Positions 1-8,874 of a stretch of 33,502 bases of DNA are shown here, piece after piece. The stretch spans positions 1 to 33,502 of the forward strand of contig CAZYCQ010000018.1 in the NCBI GenBank assembly GCA_964645535.1, written 5' to 3'. The notes beneath the pieces were generated by a model, which ran no database searches, had not been told where the DNA came from, and saw only the letters and a list, made by a program, of their open reading frames with translations. Position 1 is the stretch's first letter. The number at the start of each line of letters is the position of its first letter. The translations under genes were made by a program, and so were the position numbers. Source of the DNA: an uncultured archaeon. GTDB taxonomy: Archaea; Asgardarchaeota; Heimdallarchaeia; Heimdallarchaeales; Kariarchaeaceae.

Positions 1-911
1 CCGCAATTCTCGCAGAAGGCGACCTCTCCCTGCACCTGATCGATCTTTGTACCCACTGCCAACGGCTCCGGTGCAGGAGTGACCCCTCCTGCCATTGCCC
101 GAGGGGGAACAAACAGGTTCACGGGTATTAGGTAATTGAAATCACTTGCCAATCGTCTATCGACCACCAATTTGAGGACAGCCGTGATCGAGAAATTGTG
201 CCCTTTCAATGTACTTACAGGCAATTGTGGTATCTGGATCGGGGGGAACGGATTGGGCGGCTCCGCAAATTTTGCAATCACCATGCTCTGTTTGTAGCTC
301 TTGCTCCTCCCGCGTGCACGAGCGTTGACAGACCATTCAAGCTCCAGTCTCAGTGAACGGTACTTCACATCTGGAGCTACCTCAAACATCCAAGAGACTA
401 GATCATTGCTGAAAAGGTACACATTGCCAATCCAAAACCGACCTGCCTGGTCACGTGCCTCATTGGGAAAGACCGCTGTCAAATCATTGGGCGTATAAGG
501 AACCATATTCAACGGAAAGAACCTGATGTCATCACTTCCCAGCCGAATGTCTTGTTTTACGGTCACTCCATGAAAGACGCGAACCTGATCTGGAATGTCT
601 ATCACCTGACTGGGAAATGGCGGCAATTGGTAACGGAGAACAACAGTCTGGTTGATTTGCTCAGTCACTGGAACTTCCTGAAAGACTTGATTATAAACCA
701 CCGATTCATGATACAATCTTGTCCCGGAATGTAAATCCCCATCAATGTCTCGGTGCGATTCTTGGACACGAACCCACGTCTCCTCCACAGATTCCAGAAA
801 CACAAGTATTTGCCGGGTGCGTCCATGGGGCTTGCCACTTAGGTGAACCGTGGCGGTCACCCAATCTCCCGGAAAATAGTATGGCTTGTCGTAACTTACC
901 TGGACATCCAC
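1..911 (-). CDS. Arrestin-fold (alpha-arrestin/SpoOM-like) protein with start of a C-terminal CxxC zinc ribbon; truncated by the window edge
   Basis: Absent from the ORF track because there is no stop in the window. Manual translation from GTG at 911 (in-frame TGA at 923-921) is open for 303 codons. It begins MDVQVSYDKPYYFPGDWVTATVHL (arrestin-N-like), includes LPVSTLKGHNFSITAVLKLVVDRRLASDFNYLIPVNL (arrestin-C-like end), then a Pro-rich linker and FCENCG. Confidence 0.75.
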   Translation of the reverse strand, partial: MDVQVSYDKPYYFPGDWVTATVHLSGKPHGRTRQILVFLESVEETWVRVQESHRDIDGDLHSGTRLYHESVVYNQVFQEVPVTEQINQTVVLRYQLPPFPSQVIDIPDQVRVFHGVTVKQDIRLGSDDIRFFPLNMVPYTPNDLTAVFPNEARDQAGRFWIGNVYLFSNDLVSWMFEVAPDVKYRSLRLELEWSVNARARGRSKSYKQSMVIAKFAEPPNPFPPIQIPQLPVSTLKGHNFSITAVLKLVVDRRLASDFNYLIPVNLFVPPRAMAGGVTPAPEPLAVGTKIDQVQGEVAFCENC

Positions 912-1003
912 AAACAGTTCTCAGTAATTCGTTAATTATGTTTTTCGCTATGCAGTCGTACCCCCCACAAAAAATTTATTCCACCGATATTCCTATCTGA
1001 TTG

Positions 1004-1831
1004 ATGCCTCTTCCCCCTGATTTAGCCTTTTCTTCCAAAGGGGCAGAGTATGAAAGAGAATCATTGCATAATCCCATTGTCCGGTTTACCCGCAGGCAGG
1101 TGTATTCCCACATCCTCCGCCTCCGAAAACCTCCCGCAAAAATTCTCGAAATCAATGCAGGATCTGGCTTTGATGCCCTCAACCTTGCCAGAATGGGTTA
1201 CTCCGTCCTTGCCACCGATTCCGCTCCCGGAATGGTTGACATGATCAAAAGTAAGACTCACCCCAACCTCAAGGGAGAACAGATGTCTTTTCTGAATTTG
1301 GATCTGGATCAGACTTTTGACATCATTCTTTCCAATTTTGGAGGGCTCAACACCACACCACATCTTGCCAAGGTTTTCAAGCAATTTCCGTATCTCCTCA
1401 ATGAAGGTGGTTTTGCCATTCTGACCATTCTCAACCCCTTTTGCCTTTGGGAATTCGCAAACCTTCCATGGAGCTGGAAAACTGCGACTCGACGTCTCAA
1501 CTGGTTCAAAAAGAAACCTGTGAAAGCAAACATCGATGGCCATTCTGTCAATACCTATTACTACTCCCCTTCCCAAATCAGAAATGCCATGCCTTTGTTC
1601 ATGGAATATGTCGGTATTCAGGGTCTTTCCACCTTTGTCCCTCCCCCTTATATGAATCATATCCCCGCAAAGTATCCCAATTTCTACCGTTTCTTGGAAA
1701 AAATCGAAAAAAGACTTGCTTTCTACTGGCCTTTCACACACGTTGGAGATTATTTTATCATCACATTCAGGAAAATGCCTCTGGCGTCGCGCAACATGAT
1801 CCTGTATTCCCGATGGCCTGGATTTGACTGA
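1004..1831 (+). CDS. Class I SAM-dependent methyltransferase
   Basis: Motif I ILEINAGSGFDA, post-I ATDSAPGM, and FDIILSNFGGLN. ATG at 1004 follows TTG at 1001. Confidence 0.9.
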   Translation: MPLPPDLAFSSKGAEYERESLHNPIVRFTRRQVYSHILRLRKPPAKILEINAGSGFDALNLARMGYSVLATDSAPGMVDMIKSKTHPNLKGEQMSFLNLDLDQTFDIILSNFGGLNTTPHLAKVFKQFPYLLNEGGFAILTILNPFCLWEFANLPWSWKTATRRLNWFKKKPVKANIDGHSVNTYYYSPSQIRNAMPLFMEYVGIQGLSTFVPPPYMNHIPAKYPNFYRFLEKIEKRLAFYWPFTHVGDYFIITFRKMPLASRNMILYSRWPGFD

Positions 1832-1842
1832 ACGCCTCTTCT

Positions 1843-1886
1843 TGATGATATGTCTGAAGGAAGGTGATGATATATCTGAAGGAAGG
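1843..1886 (+). repeat. Two tandem 22-nt repeats, TGATGATAT(G/A)TCTGAAGGAAGG
   Basis: 1843-1864 and 1865-1886 differ at one base. Each unit contains TGATGA and CTGA. Confidence 0.85.
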
Positions 1887-2102
1887 CTGCTGGATGGTGG
1901 AATGGAGGAATTCACTTGCAGGTATGTTTGAGCCAAAAACCGATGTCGAATTTGACCCTGAAGATTTGAGACACCCCATCCAATCTGGCCACTACAGGAT
2001 TCTTGCAGAAAAGATCCATAGACTCAACCATGGCAAGAATTAGAATCAAATATCCCTCAAGTCTCATGTACAGAAAAATGATTCGTTGTGGGGTATAGTG
2101 TT

Positions 2103-2109
2103 GAAAAAA
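2103..2109 (-). terminator. Oligo-U tract directly after tRNA-Gly
   Basis: The minus strand reads TTTTTTC right after the discriminator base, which fits an archaeal U-tract terminator. Confidence 0.5.
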
Positions 2110-2180
2110 TGCACTGGCCGGGATTCGAACCCGGGTCCCGTCCGTGGCAGGGACGAATTCTACCACTAAACTACCAGTGC
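2110..2180 (-). tRNA. tRNA-Gly(GCC), no intron, CCA not encoded
   Basis: Sequence GCACTGGTAGTTTAGTGGTAGAATTCGTCCCTGCCACGGACGGGACCCGGGTTCGAATCCCGGCCAGTGCA. Acceptor stem GCACTGG/CCAGTGC, anticodon arm CGTCC-CTGCCAC-GGACG, T-loop TTCGAAT. Confidence 0.98.
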
Positions 2181-2220
2181 TTTAGGAACCTAAGTTCCTA
2201 CATTTCGTTTTAATTTTATG

Positions 2221-2228
2221 TTTATAAA
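2221..2228 (-). promoter_or_regulatory. Putative TATA box for tRNA-Gly
   Basis: TTTATAAA lies about 41-48 nt upstream of the mature tRNA. The predicted start near 2200 coincides with a leader hairpin at 2183-2200. Confidence 0.55.
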
Positions 2229-2337
2229 AATTGGGAAAGTGTTGTGGAGTTGGATGATGGAAATGTCTTTTGATTTTGATTAAGGTTTATCTCATTTTGC
2301 TATTTCAGCGTAATCTGGATTTTTAATGATTTCATGA

Positions 2338-3000
2338 TTAAAATTTTCTTTGTAGTAGTTTCCATGCCTTGAGGGTTATGAATGCTTCGAATTCTGCATC
2401 GAGGAGTGCTCTGTGTGCTTCTTTCCTTGGCTGGTCTGGAAACAGGAAGTTCCATGCTTCCTGAGCGGTGGGTACTTTCGTTCCCAATCTTTCATGCCTT
2501 ATTCCCATGATTCTTCGTGTCCATTGCATGAGGCAGGTGGTGCTGTCATGGATTTCGATGTCTCTATGGGTGAGGAAGTTGAAATCAAAGGGTTTGTTGA
2601 AGGCGGTCAGTGTGGTTCTCTCAATTTTTTCTTGCAGTTGATCCTTTATTCTGTTGAAATGTGGGGCATTGATCACTTCGGCGAAGGATAGATTGGAATT
2701 GAGGAATATCCATTGGTTCAGAGGGTCTACTGGTTTTTCAGGTAGTTCATTGCAAATTGCATGGAAGCTTGGTTTGATTTCCTGCTGTTTCAGATTGATC
2801 CATACTCCTCCTATTTCGAGTATGGCATTTTTCCTGTAACTCATTCCTGTTGTTTCAATGTCAATGATGGTGAATCGCAAAGGCAGTTTGAGCCTATCCA
2901 AATCAATGTTGGAAGGGATGTATTGACATTGGCAACGGAGCCAATGGATACAGCAATTGGGGCATATGTAACCTTTGGCAAAAGAGAGATTTTCCCCCAT
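2338..3000 (-). CDS. DEDDh (DnaQ-like) 3'-5' exonuclease with Cys-rich N-terminus
   Basis: ExoI IIDIETTG, ExoII AFNKPFDFNFL, ExoIII HRALLDA. N-terminal CPNCCIHWLRCQC. Confidence 0.9.
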   Translation of the reverse strand: MGENLSFAKGYICPNCCIHWLRCQCQYIPSNIDLDRLKLPLRFTIIDIETTGMSYRKNAILEIGGVWINLKQQEIKPSFHAICNELPEKPVDPLNQWIFLNSNLSFAEVINAPHFNRIKDQLQEKIERTTLTAFNKPFDFNFLTHRDIEIHDSTTCLMQWTRRIMGIRHERLGTKVPTAQEAWNFLFPDQPRKEAHRALLDAEFEAFITLKAWKLLQRKF

Positions 3001-3034
3001 GGTAATGAACTATGCTAAAATGCACATATAAATT

Positions 3035-4183
3035 TTAAAGGAGGGTTGCAGACTTTTCCACTTCATTTCTGAGTTGGTTTGTCAGCTCGGTGAGGTTTTG
3101 AAGTGAACTTGCGATTTCCTTTGCGGCGGCAGCCACTTCTTCGGAGGAAGCTGCACTTTCTTGAGCAATTGCCGCAAGGTTCTCGACATTTTCCCTGATG
3201 CCATCGATCATTGTACTGAGGTGGGATGTGACTTGGTTGATGGTTTGCTTGACTTCATCCACTGTTTGTTGCGTCTGTTCTGCAAGCTTGAGTATATTCT
3301 GTGCAACAACTGCGAACCCTCTTCCGTAATCGCCTGCCCTTGATGCTTCAATTCCTGCATTGAGGGAGAGGATGTTGGTCTGAATTGCGATCTCGTCGAT
3401 GAGGGACGTCTTTTTGAGCATGGTCTCAAGGACTTCAGCAATTTCCTGTTGTTTGCTGTGGATAGTTTCCAGCAATTGGGAGAGCTGTTCTGCCTGTGTG
3501 GACGAGGTTTGGGCCATTGCACCGCTGGTGGCGGTGATTTGTTCAGCAGAAGCAGCTACTTCCTCGATATCTGCATTGATTGAGATTGAAGTTTTTTCGA
3601 TCTGATCTTGGGCAGCTTTCAGGCTTTCAAGGTAATGCTGGTTTTTCTCAGCCATGGTGTTAAGCAGGTCTGCAACGATTTTGAAGAACCCATCCTTAAG
3701 AATTTGTGGATCATCCAATCTTGCATGATAGTCGTGGTTGCTGATTTTGCTCGAAAAGGTTCTTACATTTCTTTCCCAAACCTCAAAGGTGTTGAGCAAG
3801 GCTAGGAATGTGCCGAGCCAGACGAGCACAACAGGGAGAAAGACAATAACGTAATTGATGAGGACTGTAGGTGTCAATACAGTGTCTGGATCGTTGATTC
3901 CTGTGTATTCATCGATTTTCCCATAAGTCACACTCATAAAAATCAAGTTTGCAAGATGAAATACTAGGCGTACCCTTGCATCGTTGAGTTGAAATTTCCA
4001 ATAAATGAAGAGCAATAGGATCAAGGCAATAATGGTGGAGGAGACAAAATGGCCAATCCAATTCTTGAATGGTATCCCAAACGCCTCTCCTTTTGAGGAG
4101 GCGGTAATTAGTATCGCCATGTAATATGGCAGGGGAATAAGTTCCAGCAAATGATACTTTTGAAACTTGAAGTCATTGTCCAT
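3035..4183 (-). CDS. Methyl-accepting chemotaxis protein
   Basis: Signalling hairpin [30 protein letters not shown], methylation-type helices ([13 protein letters not shown]) and several N-terminal TM segments. Confidence 0.93.
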   Translation of the reverse strand: MDNDFKFQKYHLLELIPLPYYMAILITASSKGEAFGIPFKNWIGHFVSSTIIALILLLFIYWKFQLNDARVRLVFHLANLIFMSVTYGKIDEYTGINDPDTVLTPTVLINYVIVFLPVVLVWLGTFLALLNTFEVWERNVRTFSSKISNHDYHARLDDPQILKDGFFKIVADLLNTMAEKNQHYLESLKAAQDQIEKTSISINADIEEVAASAEQITATSGAMAQTSSTQAEQLSQLLETIHSKQQEIAEVLETMLKKTSLIDEIAIQTNILSLNAGIEASRAGDYGRGFAVVAQNILKLAEQTQQTVDEVKQTINQVTSHLSTMIDGIRENVENLAAIAQESAASSEEVAAAAKEIASSLQNLTELTNQLRNEVEKSATLL

Positions 4184-4256
4184 GATTACCCCAAATTTTT
4201 CTTTTCAGTTTAAAAAAATTGGGGTGTCACTTTCTCTTGAAAAGGTAGATTTTAAA

Positions 4257-5147
4257 ATGGCATTTTTTATTCATGTAGTGGCTCCCTTAATTTCTATAGG
4301 CATTTGTGCCACCAATGATATTTGTACACTTCCCCCACTGTTGGCTCGTATTAACTCATTTTCCGGCTTTTATGAAGTGATAATTGTAACTAGCGGTGTG
4401 TCGGATGAGATGATTGGGGTGGTAGACGAATTCATGGAGAAATGCTGGCATCGGGTCATCCATATTGTTGAGAAAAAACGAAGGGGAAAATGGTATGCAC
4501 TCAACATGATCTTTGGAGTATTTTCGGGAGATTATCTCATTCTTCTTCCAGCTGATGTTTGGATTAATGAAGATTCTATCCTTCAATTGGTTCATCGATT
4601 ACAGGACATGCCAGACCTAGGAGTTGTATCTGGGTTTCCTCTTGCGCATCCCCGTTCTTTAGGAGCCATGGGGTTGTTGTGGCGTCTGCATGGTGCGGCT
4701 CTTCGCGTGAATGGGGATTTCAACAGCCACGCCACAGGAGAATTGCTGGCAATGAAGCGGGCCTTGGCACACCCCTTACCTCCAAAAACGATCAATGATG
4801 ATGCTTTTCTTGCTAGACGAGCAATTCTAAGAGGGTGGAGAGTAGGTGTTGTCCCATCCGCAAAGGTGATCATTCGAGTTCCTAACTCGATACGTGGGTA
4901 CATCTGGCAAAGAGAGAGAATCTTGCTTGGCCATCGACAACTCCGTTCGATGGGCGATAAATCGACCACATTGAAAGGAATGATCAGTGTATCTCCAAGG
5001 AAGGCCTCACGACTCATACTGTCGGAATTGCATTCAATCAAGGATCTCTTGAACCTTGCGATGCTGGTTTTTTTGGAGCTCTTCCTTATGGTCTTGATAT
5101 TGAGAAGAAGAACAACAGAATATTCCATTTGGAGGAGGATTGAATGA
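4257..5147 (+). CDS. Glycosyltransferase family 2
   Basis: ISIGICATND, RRGKWYALN, DYLILLPAD (degenerate DxD), INDDAFL, QRERI, C-terminal TM. The listed start at 4167 overlaps the divergent MCP, so ATG 4257 or GTG 4278 is more likely. Confidence 0.85.
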   Translation: MAFFIHVVAPLISIGICATNDICTLPPLLARINSFSGFYEVIIVTSGVSDEMIGVVDEFMEKCWHRVIHIVEKKRRGKWYALNMIFGVFSGDYLILLPADVWINEDSILQLVHRLQDMPDLGVVSGFPLAHPRSLGAMGLLWRLHGAALRVNGDFNSHATGELLAMKRALAHPLPPKTINDDAFLARRAILRGWRVGVVPSAKVIIRVPNSIRGYIWQRERILLGHRQLRSMGDKSTTLKGMISVSPRKASRLILSELHSIKDLLNLAMLVFLELFLMVLILRRRTTEYSIWRRIE

Positions 5148-6025
5148 AGAGTTCTTTTGAGGTGCTTGTTCGTGCAGTATATGAAGGGTTGACATATTTT
5201 GAAGTCTTTGACTTCGTACCAACGATCAGGGAATTGCATAGATTGGTGGGAATTGCCATTTCAGAAGCTGACTTTCAAGCAAGCCTTGAGAAAATGGAAG
5301 GAGTTATTCTCAAGAACGGCTATGTTGCATTGCGGGGTTCTTCTGATCTATTGTTTCGTCGTCTACAACGGAATGGCATCTCCTCTGCAAGGATTACTGA
5401 AGGAAGGCAATGGGGGCATAAGCTTGGTCAGTTGCCGGGTGTTCGCGCGGTATTCCTGACTGGGTCTGTTGCCGCAGGAAATGGATCTGAAAGTGATGAT
5501 CTAGATTTCCTCGTGGTGACAAGTCCTGGACGGCTTTGGTTGGTTCGGCTTATACTGTACTTGGCCATTCGACTTTGGAAACCCAAAGTTGACCTGTGTC
5601 TCAATTATTTGGTTTCTGCCTCTGATCAGGCAATGATGATGGATCAAAATCTCTATGTTGCCACTGAACTTGCGATGATGGTTCCCGTCTACGATGAAGG
5701 TTTCTATCGAAGATTCATGGAAGTCAATAATTGGAGATATGCATATCGCCCTAATTCTAATCCATATCCCTTTAAAAGCACTCGTCCGACATTCCGGAAG
5801 CGAATTCTCGATTTGGTACTGTCATTTCCGATTTTTGGTCTTTTGGATTGGATGGAAATGAAACGTGCCATTTCCCGACTGAAACGTCTCTCATGGAACG
5901 ATGAAGTTCGTGTTGGCAGAGAGGTCTATAAGGGACATTTTTCAGGGCATCGCAAAAGCACCCTCACTCGCTTCAGAGCAAAAGTACAAAAAAGGTTTAA
6001 CAAAAACGGGGAATTCACTGCCTAA
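5144..6025 (+). CDS. Pol-beta-superfamily nucleotidyltransferase domain protein
   Basis: GS...DxD motif in LTGSVAAGNGSESDDLDFLVV. ATGA overlap with the GT2 stop. Confidence 0.8.
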   Translation: MKSSFEVLVRAVYEGLTYFEVFDFVPTIRELHRLVGIAISEADFQASLEKMEGVILKNGYVALRGSSDLLFRRLQRNGISSARITEGRQWGHKLGQLPGVRAVFLTGSVAAGNGSESDDLDFLVVTSPGRLWLVRLILYLAIRLWKPKVDLCLNYLVSASDQAMMMDQNLYVATELAMMVPVYDEGFYRRFMEVNNWRYAYRPNSNPYPFKSTRPTFRKRILDLVLSFPIFGLLDWMEMKRAISRLKRLSWNDEVRVGREVYKGHFSGHRKSTLTRFRAKVQKRFNKNGEFTA

Positions 6026-6099
6026 ACAACTCGAAGTTTTATCCTTACAATAATCATATTGTACAACAGGTTTAAGAAATGACTAAATAACGCGTCAAT

Positions 6100-6594
6100 G
6101 TGAATGCAGAAGCAAGGTTCAGAAAACTCAAAGAGGAATTGGATTCTCTTTGGGAAGAACTGAACTCAGAAAGGGAAGTTGCTGAAAGAAATCTCAAATC
6201 TCAAATTGAAACCTTGGAAAAGGAAAAAGCAGATCTTGAGGAAAAGTATATGGAGGTTCAATCTAAGCTGACCCATATTGAAGAGCAGTTCAAGGAAGCC
6301 GTGGAGAAATTGGAGACATTCAGTAAGGAGCAGAAAAAAGATGTGGATGCGCTGAAACTATTGGATATTTACTTGGTTCTCATGGGTGATGTTTTCAACT
6401 CTTCAGTCCATGTAAGACTATTGCTGATCCTTCATGGAGAGAAAGCAAAATACACCCTGGAAGAATTGGCAAAAGCTTCTGGTAGCCGATTACTTGTGGT
6501 TAGACAGGCTATATTCGACCTAAGAAATGCCAACCTTGTGAAATACAATGACGATACCCAAGAAGTAGAATTGGTGACCCGTTTTCTTGAATAG
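6100..6594 (+). CDS. Coiled-coil protein with C-terminal winged helix-turn-helix
   Basis: About 80 aa of E/K-rich heptads followed by YTLEELAKASG...IFDLRNANLVKY, a wHTH pattern. Confidence 0.7.
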   Translation: MNAEARFRKLKEELDSLWEELNSEREVAERNLKSQIETLEKEKADLEEKYMEVQSKLTHIEEQFKEAVEKLETFSKEQKKDVDALKLLDIYLVLMGDVFNSSVHVRLLLILHGEKAKYTLEELAKASGSRLLVVRQAIFDLRNANLVKYNDDTQEVELVTRFLE

Positions 6595-6636
6595 CCGACT
6601 GCAATGGTTTAAATCCTTCTAAGTAGGAAATAACGT

Positions 6637-7356
6637 GTGGCAACGCTGAAATTGGGTTCACCTCAAGGTGTGGCTGTCTTTGAGGCATTGTATCTTGATG
6701 TCAGGCAGAAGGAAAACCGACTGTTGACAATTCCACAACTGCGGGCATTTCCCGATCTTACTGGATTTCCCCATCTTGAAGAATGGAAAGTGAGATTGCA
6801 ATCTGCCAAAAGACTGTTGCGGTATCTAGGGAAAGAGGAGGCAACAGTACTGGATGTTGGCTGCGGTAATGGTTGGCTTTCCTCCCTTCTTGCTCGGCAT
6901 GGATTTCATGTCACGGGAGTGGATATCAACCGTTATGAACTGGAACAGGCAGCAGAGGCCTATGATTTCCTAAACCTTGAGTTTATCTGCGATGATATTT
7001 TTTATCCACAGATCTTGGAAGGACGGTTCACCTACATCATTCTTTCTAGTTCACTTCAATACTTTCAAGATCTGCCAAATCTTTTCTCCTCTCTTCTTGG
7101 CTATCTTGGAGAGGAAGGTGAGATCCATGTCATCAACACCCACCTCTATTCAGAAACTGAGGCAATCAAGGCCAAACAAAGGACAAGGAAATATTATTCG
7201 GATCTTGGTTTTCCGGAAATGGCGAACCACTACTTTCATCATACATGGACTCAAATTGCAAGGCTTGGCGGCAAAAAAATGCGAGGTTTCTGGCGCCGAT
7301 CCTATTTTCCGTGGGTACGGTTCAGATTTGAAGACCTCAGGAGAGCACTGAGATGA
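6637..7356 (+). CDS. Class I SAM-dependent methyltransferase
   Basis: VLDVGCGNGW, VTGVDIN, FTYIILSSSLQYF. Confidence 0.92.
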   Translation: MATLKLGSPQGVAVFEALYLDVRQKENRLLTIPQLRAFPDLTGFPHLEEWKVRLQSAKRLLRYLGKEEATVLDVGCGNGWLSSLLARHGFHVTGVDINRYELEQAAEAYDFLNLEFICDDIFYPQILEGRFTYIILSSSLQYFQDLPNLFSSLLGYLGEEGEIHVINTHLYSETEAIKAKQRTRKYYSDLGFPEMANHYFHHTWTQIARLGGKKMRGFWRRSYFPWVRFRFEDLRRALR

Positions 7357-8657
7357 AGCACTGGATTTCTTTCCTCCGAAAACATTCTTACATTACAATG
7401 ATGGGAATAGTTCTTCGGCTACTTCCCTCTCCTTTGACAGGTCATCCTTATGATATGGGCATTTGGTGGACAACTGGAAAATTGCTTAGCAAAGGCCAAT
7501 CTCCTTATACCCCATATGACCACTTGGGTCAACCTGTAATCATGGGCGTTTGGATGCTCATATCCTATTTAATTGCAGCTCATTTGCCCTATTCAACAAA
7601 TATGTTTTCTCTTTTCATGAAAATCCCCTTGATGCTTACGGATCTCTATCTTCCCTATTATCTGCTACATCTTTGCAAAAAGTACAATGTTCCTGTCTCG
7701 TGTTCTGAAAGGCGTTTTTATGCCTTTATCTTTCTCAACCCATTGGCAATTCTAATTACTGGTTTTTGGGGAATGCCTGACTTATTGGCATTAATCTTGG
7801 CATTGATCTCTCTTGACAGACTTCTTGAAGAGAAGTGGTTTTTGTCCTCCATGCTCCTTTCCTTGGCGATCGGAATCAAGCTTTATCCAGCCGTCCTTAC
7901 CGTTTCCATGATGATTGTGTTGCAATGGAAATCTCAATCTAGGCTTCTTCCTTTTATCTATGGGGCAGTCACCACAATAGTGTTTTTGCTTATTTCATAT
8001 TTGCCATTTTTCATTCTTGGATGGGATCAAGCAGAAATCACGGGGGTTTTGACATCGCAAACCAATAGGGGCTATGGAACTCTTTCCCCATTCCACATGC
8101 TAATCCTTTTTTCTTATTACAACCATTCTCTGTATCTTCAGCAGATCGTGGAATTCATCGTACGAAATGATTGGCTTGGATTCCTTTGGGCAATCAACAG
8201 TATTTTTCTTCTTTTAATCATGCAGATCATAGGCAGGAACCTTCACAATAATGTCAGCTTGGATGTTTCCTTTTTGTTTGCTCTTGATCTGATGGTGGTT
8301 TCCTATGCGTTGTGGATGGCTGTAGCTTCATGGGTTAGTGAGCAGAACACACTTCCATGGTTGATTCTCACCTTATTCTCCGGTATTTTGGATGATGATC
8401 GAAGAGTGATCTTAATTTCTTTTCTTGCAAGTGTTTTTGTCATTGGCTTTGCAGTCTACAACCTTCCTTTCTTTAGGTTTTTCTATATGACCTTCAAGCC
8501 TATTATCATTTATTCCCTCAATCTCCCGTTAGTGACACAAAGAAACTATTTCCTGTCATTATATGGTTCTGCCTATTATATAATGATGCTCATGCTGTTG
8601 GTTCTCCATATCCGCAAATTACGATTGATGGTTATCTACTGGAAAAAGGTTATTTAG
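7353..8657 (+). CDS. GT-C fold polytopic membrane glycosyltransferase (GT87/PIG-M-like)
   Basis: HPYD in the first loop, KIPLMLTDL, FLNPLAIL..FWGMPD, LAIGIKLYP, many TM helices. ATGA overlap with the methyltransferase stop. Confidence 0.75.
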   Translation: MKHWISFLRKHSYITMMGIVLRLLPSPLTGHPYDMGIWWTTGKLLSKGQSPYTPYDHLGQPVIMGVWMLISYLIAAHLPYSTNMFSLFMKIPLMLTDLYLPYYLLHLCKKYNVPVSCSERRFYAFIFLNPLAILITGFWGMPDLLALILALISLDRLLEEKWFLSSMLLSLAIGIKLYPAVLTVSMMIVLQWKSQSRLLPFIYGAVTTIVFLLISYLPFFILGWDQAEITGVLTSQTNRGYGTLSPFHMLILFSYYNHSLYLQQIVEFIVRNDWLGFLWAINSIFLLLIMQIIGRNLHNNVSLDVSFLFALDLMVVSYALWMAVASWVSEQNTLPWLILTLFSGILDDDRRVILISFLASVFVIGFAVYNLPFFRFFYMTFKPIIIYSLNLPLVTQRNYFLSLYGSAYYIMMLMLLVLHIRKLRLMVIYWKKVI

Positions 8658-8874
8658 CTGACGAGGATGGTAAATCACTGTGACACGCATCAAGGCGATC
8701 CTTTGGAGAATTTTCTTCCCCAGACGAAATGGAAAAAGGTTTCGCCACCAATTTTCAAAGTCATTCTTTCTTCAGTTTATCGGTCAAATCATGTTTGATG
8801 AATCTCCCGCCATTGCAAAATTCTCGAAACGTAAACGTCCCTCCAGATATCATTTTTTGCCTTGGGTATGGTAT

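Noticed and set aside
1061-1936. 291-aa minus-strand ORF
   Set aside because: Antisense shadow of the methyltransferase with no recognisable motifs.
2110-2130. tRNA 3' end as an integration site for an island
   Set aside because: I saw no duplicated tRNA end and no integrase in the window.
1912-2166. 84-aa minus-strand ORF or IS remnant beside the tRNA
   Set aside because: It starts inside tRNA-Gly, and I see no transposase motif or inverted repeats.
8658-8874. Possible ncRNA or small gene in the 217-nt gap
   Set aside because: No convincing structure or motif by eye. It may be an N-terminal extension of the next ORF.
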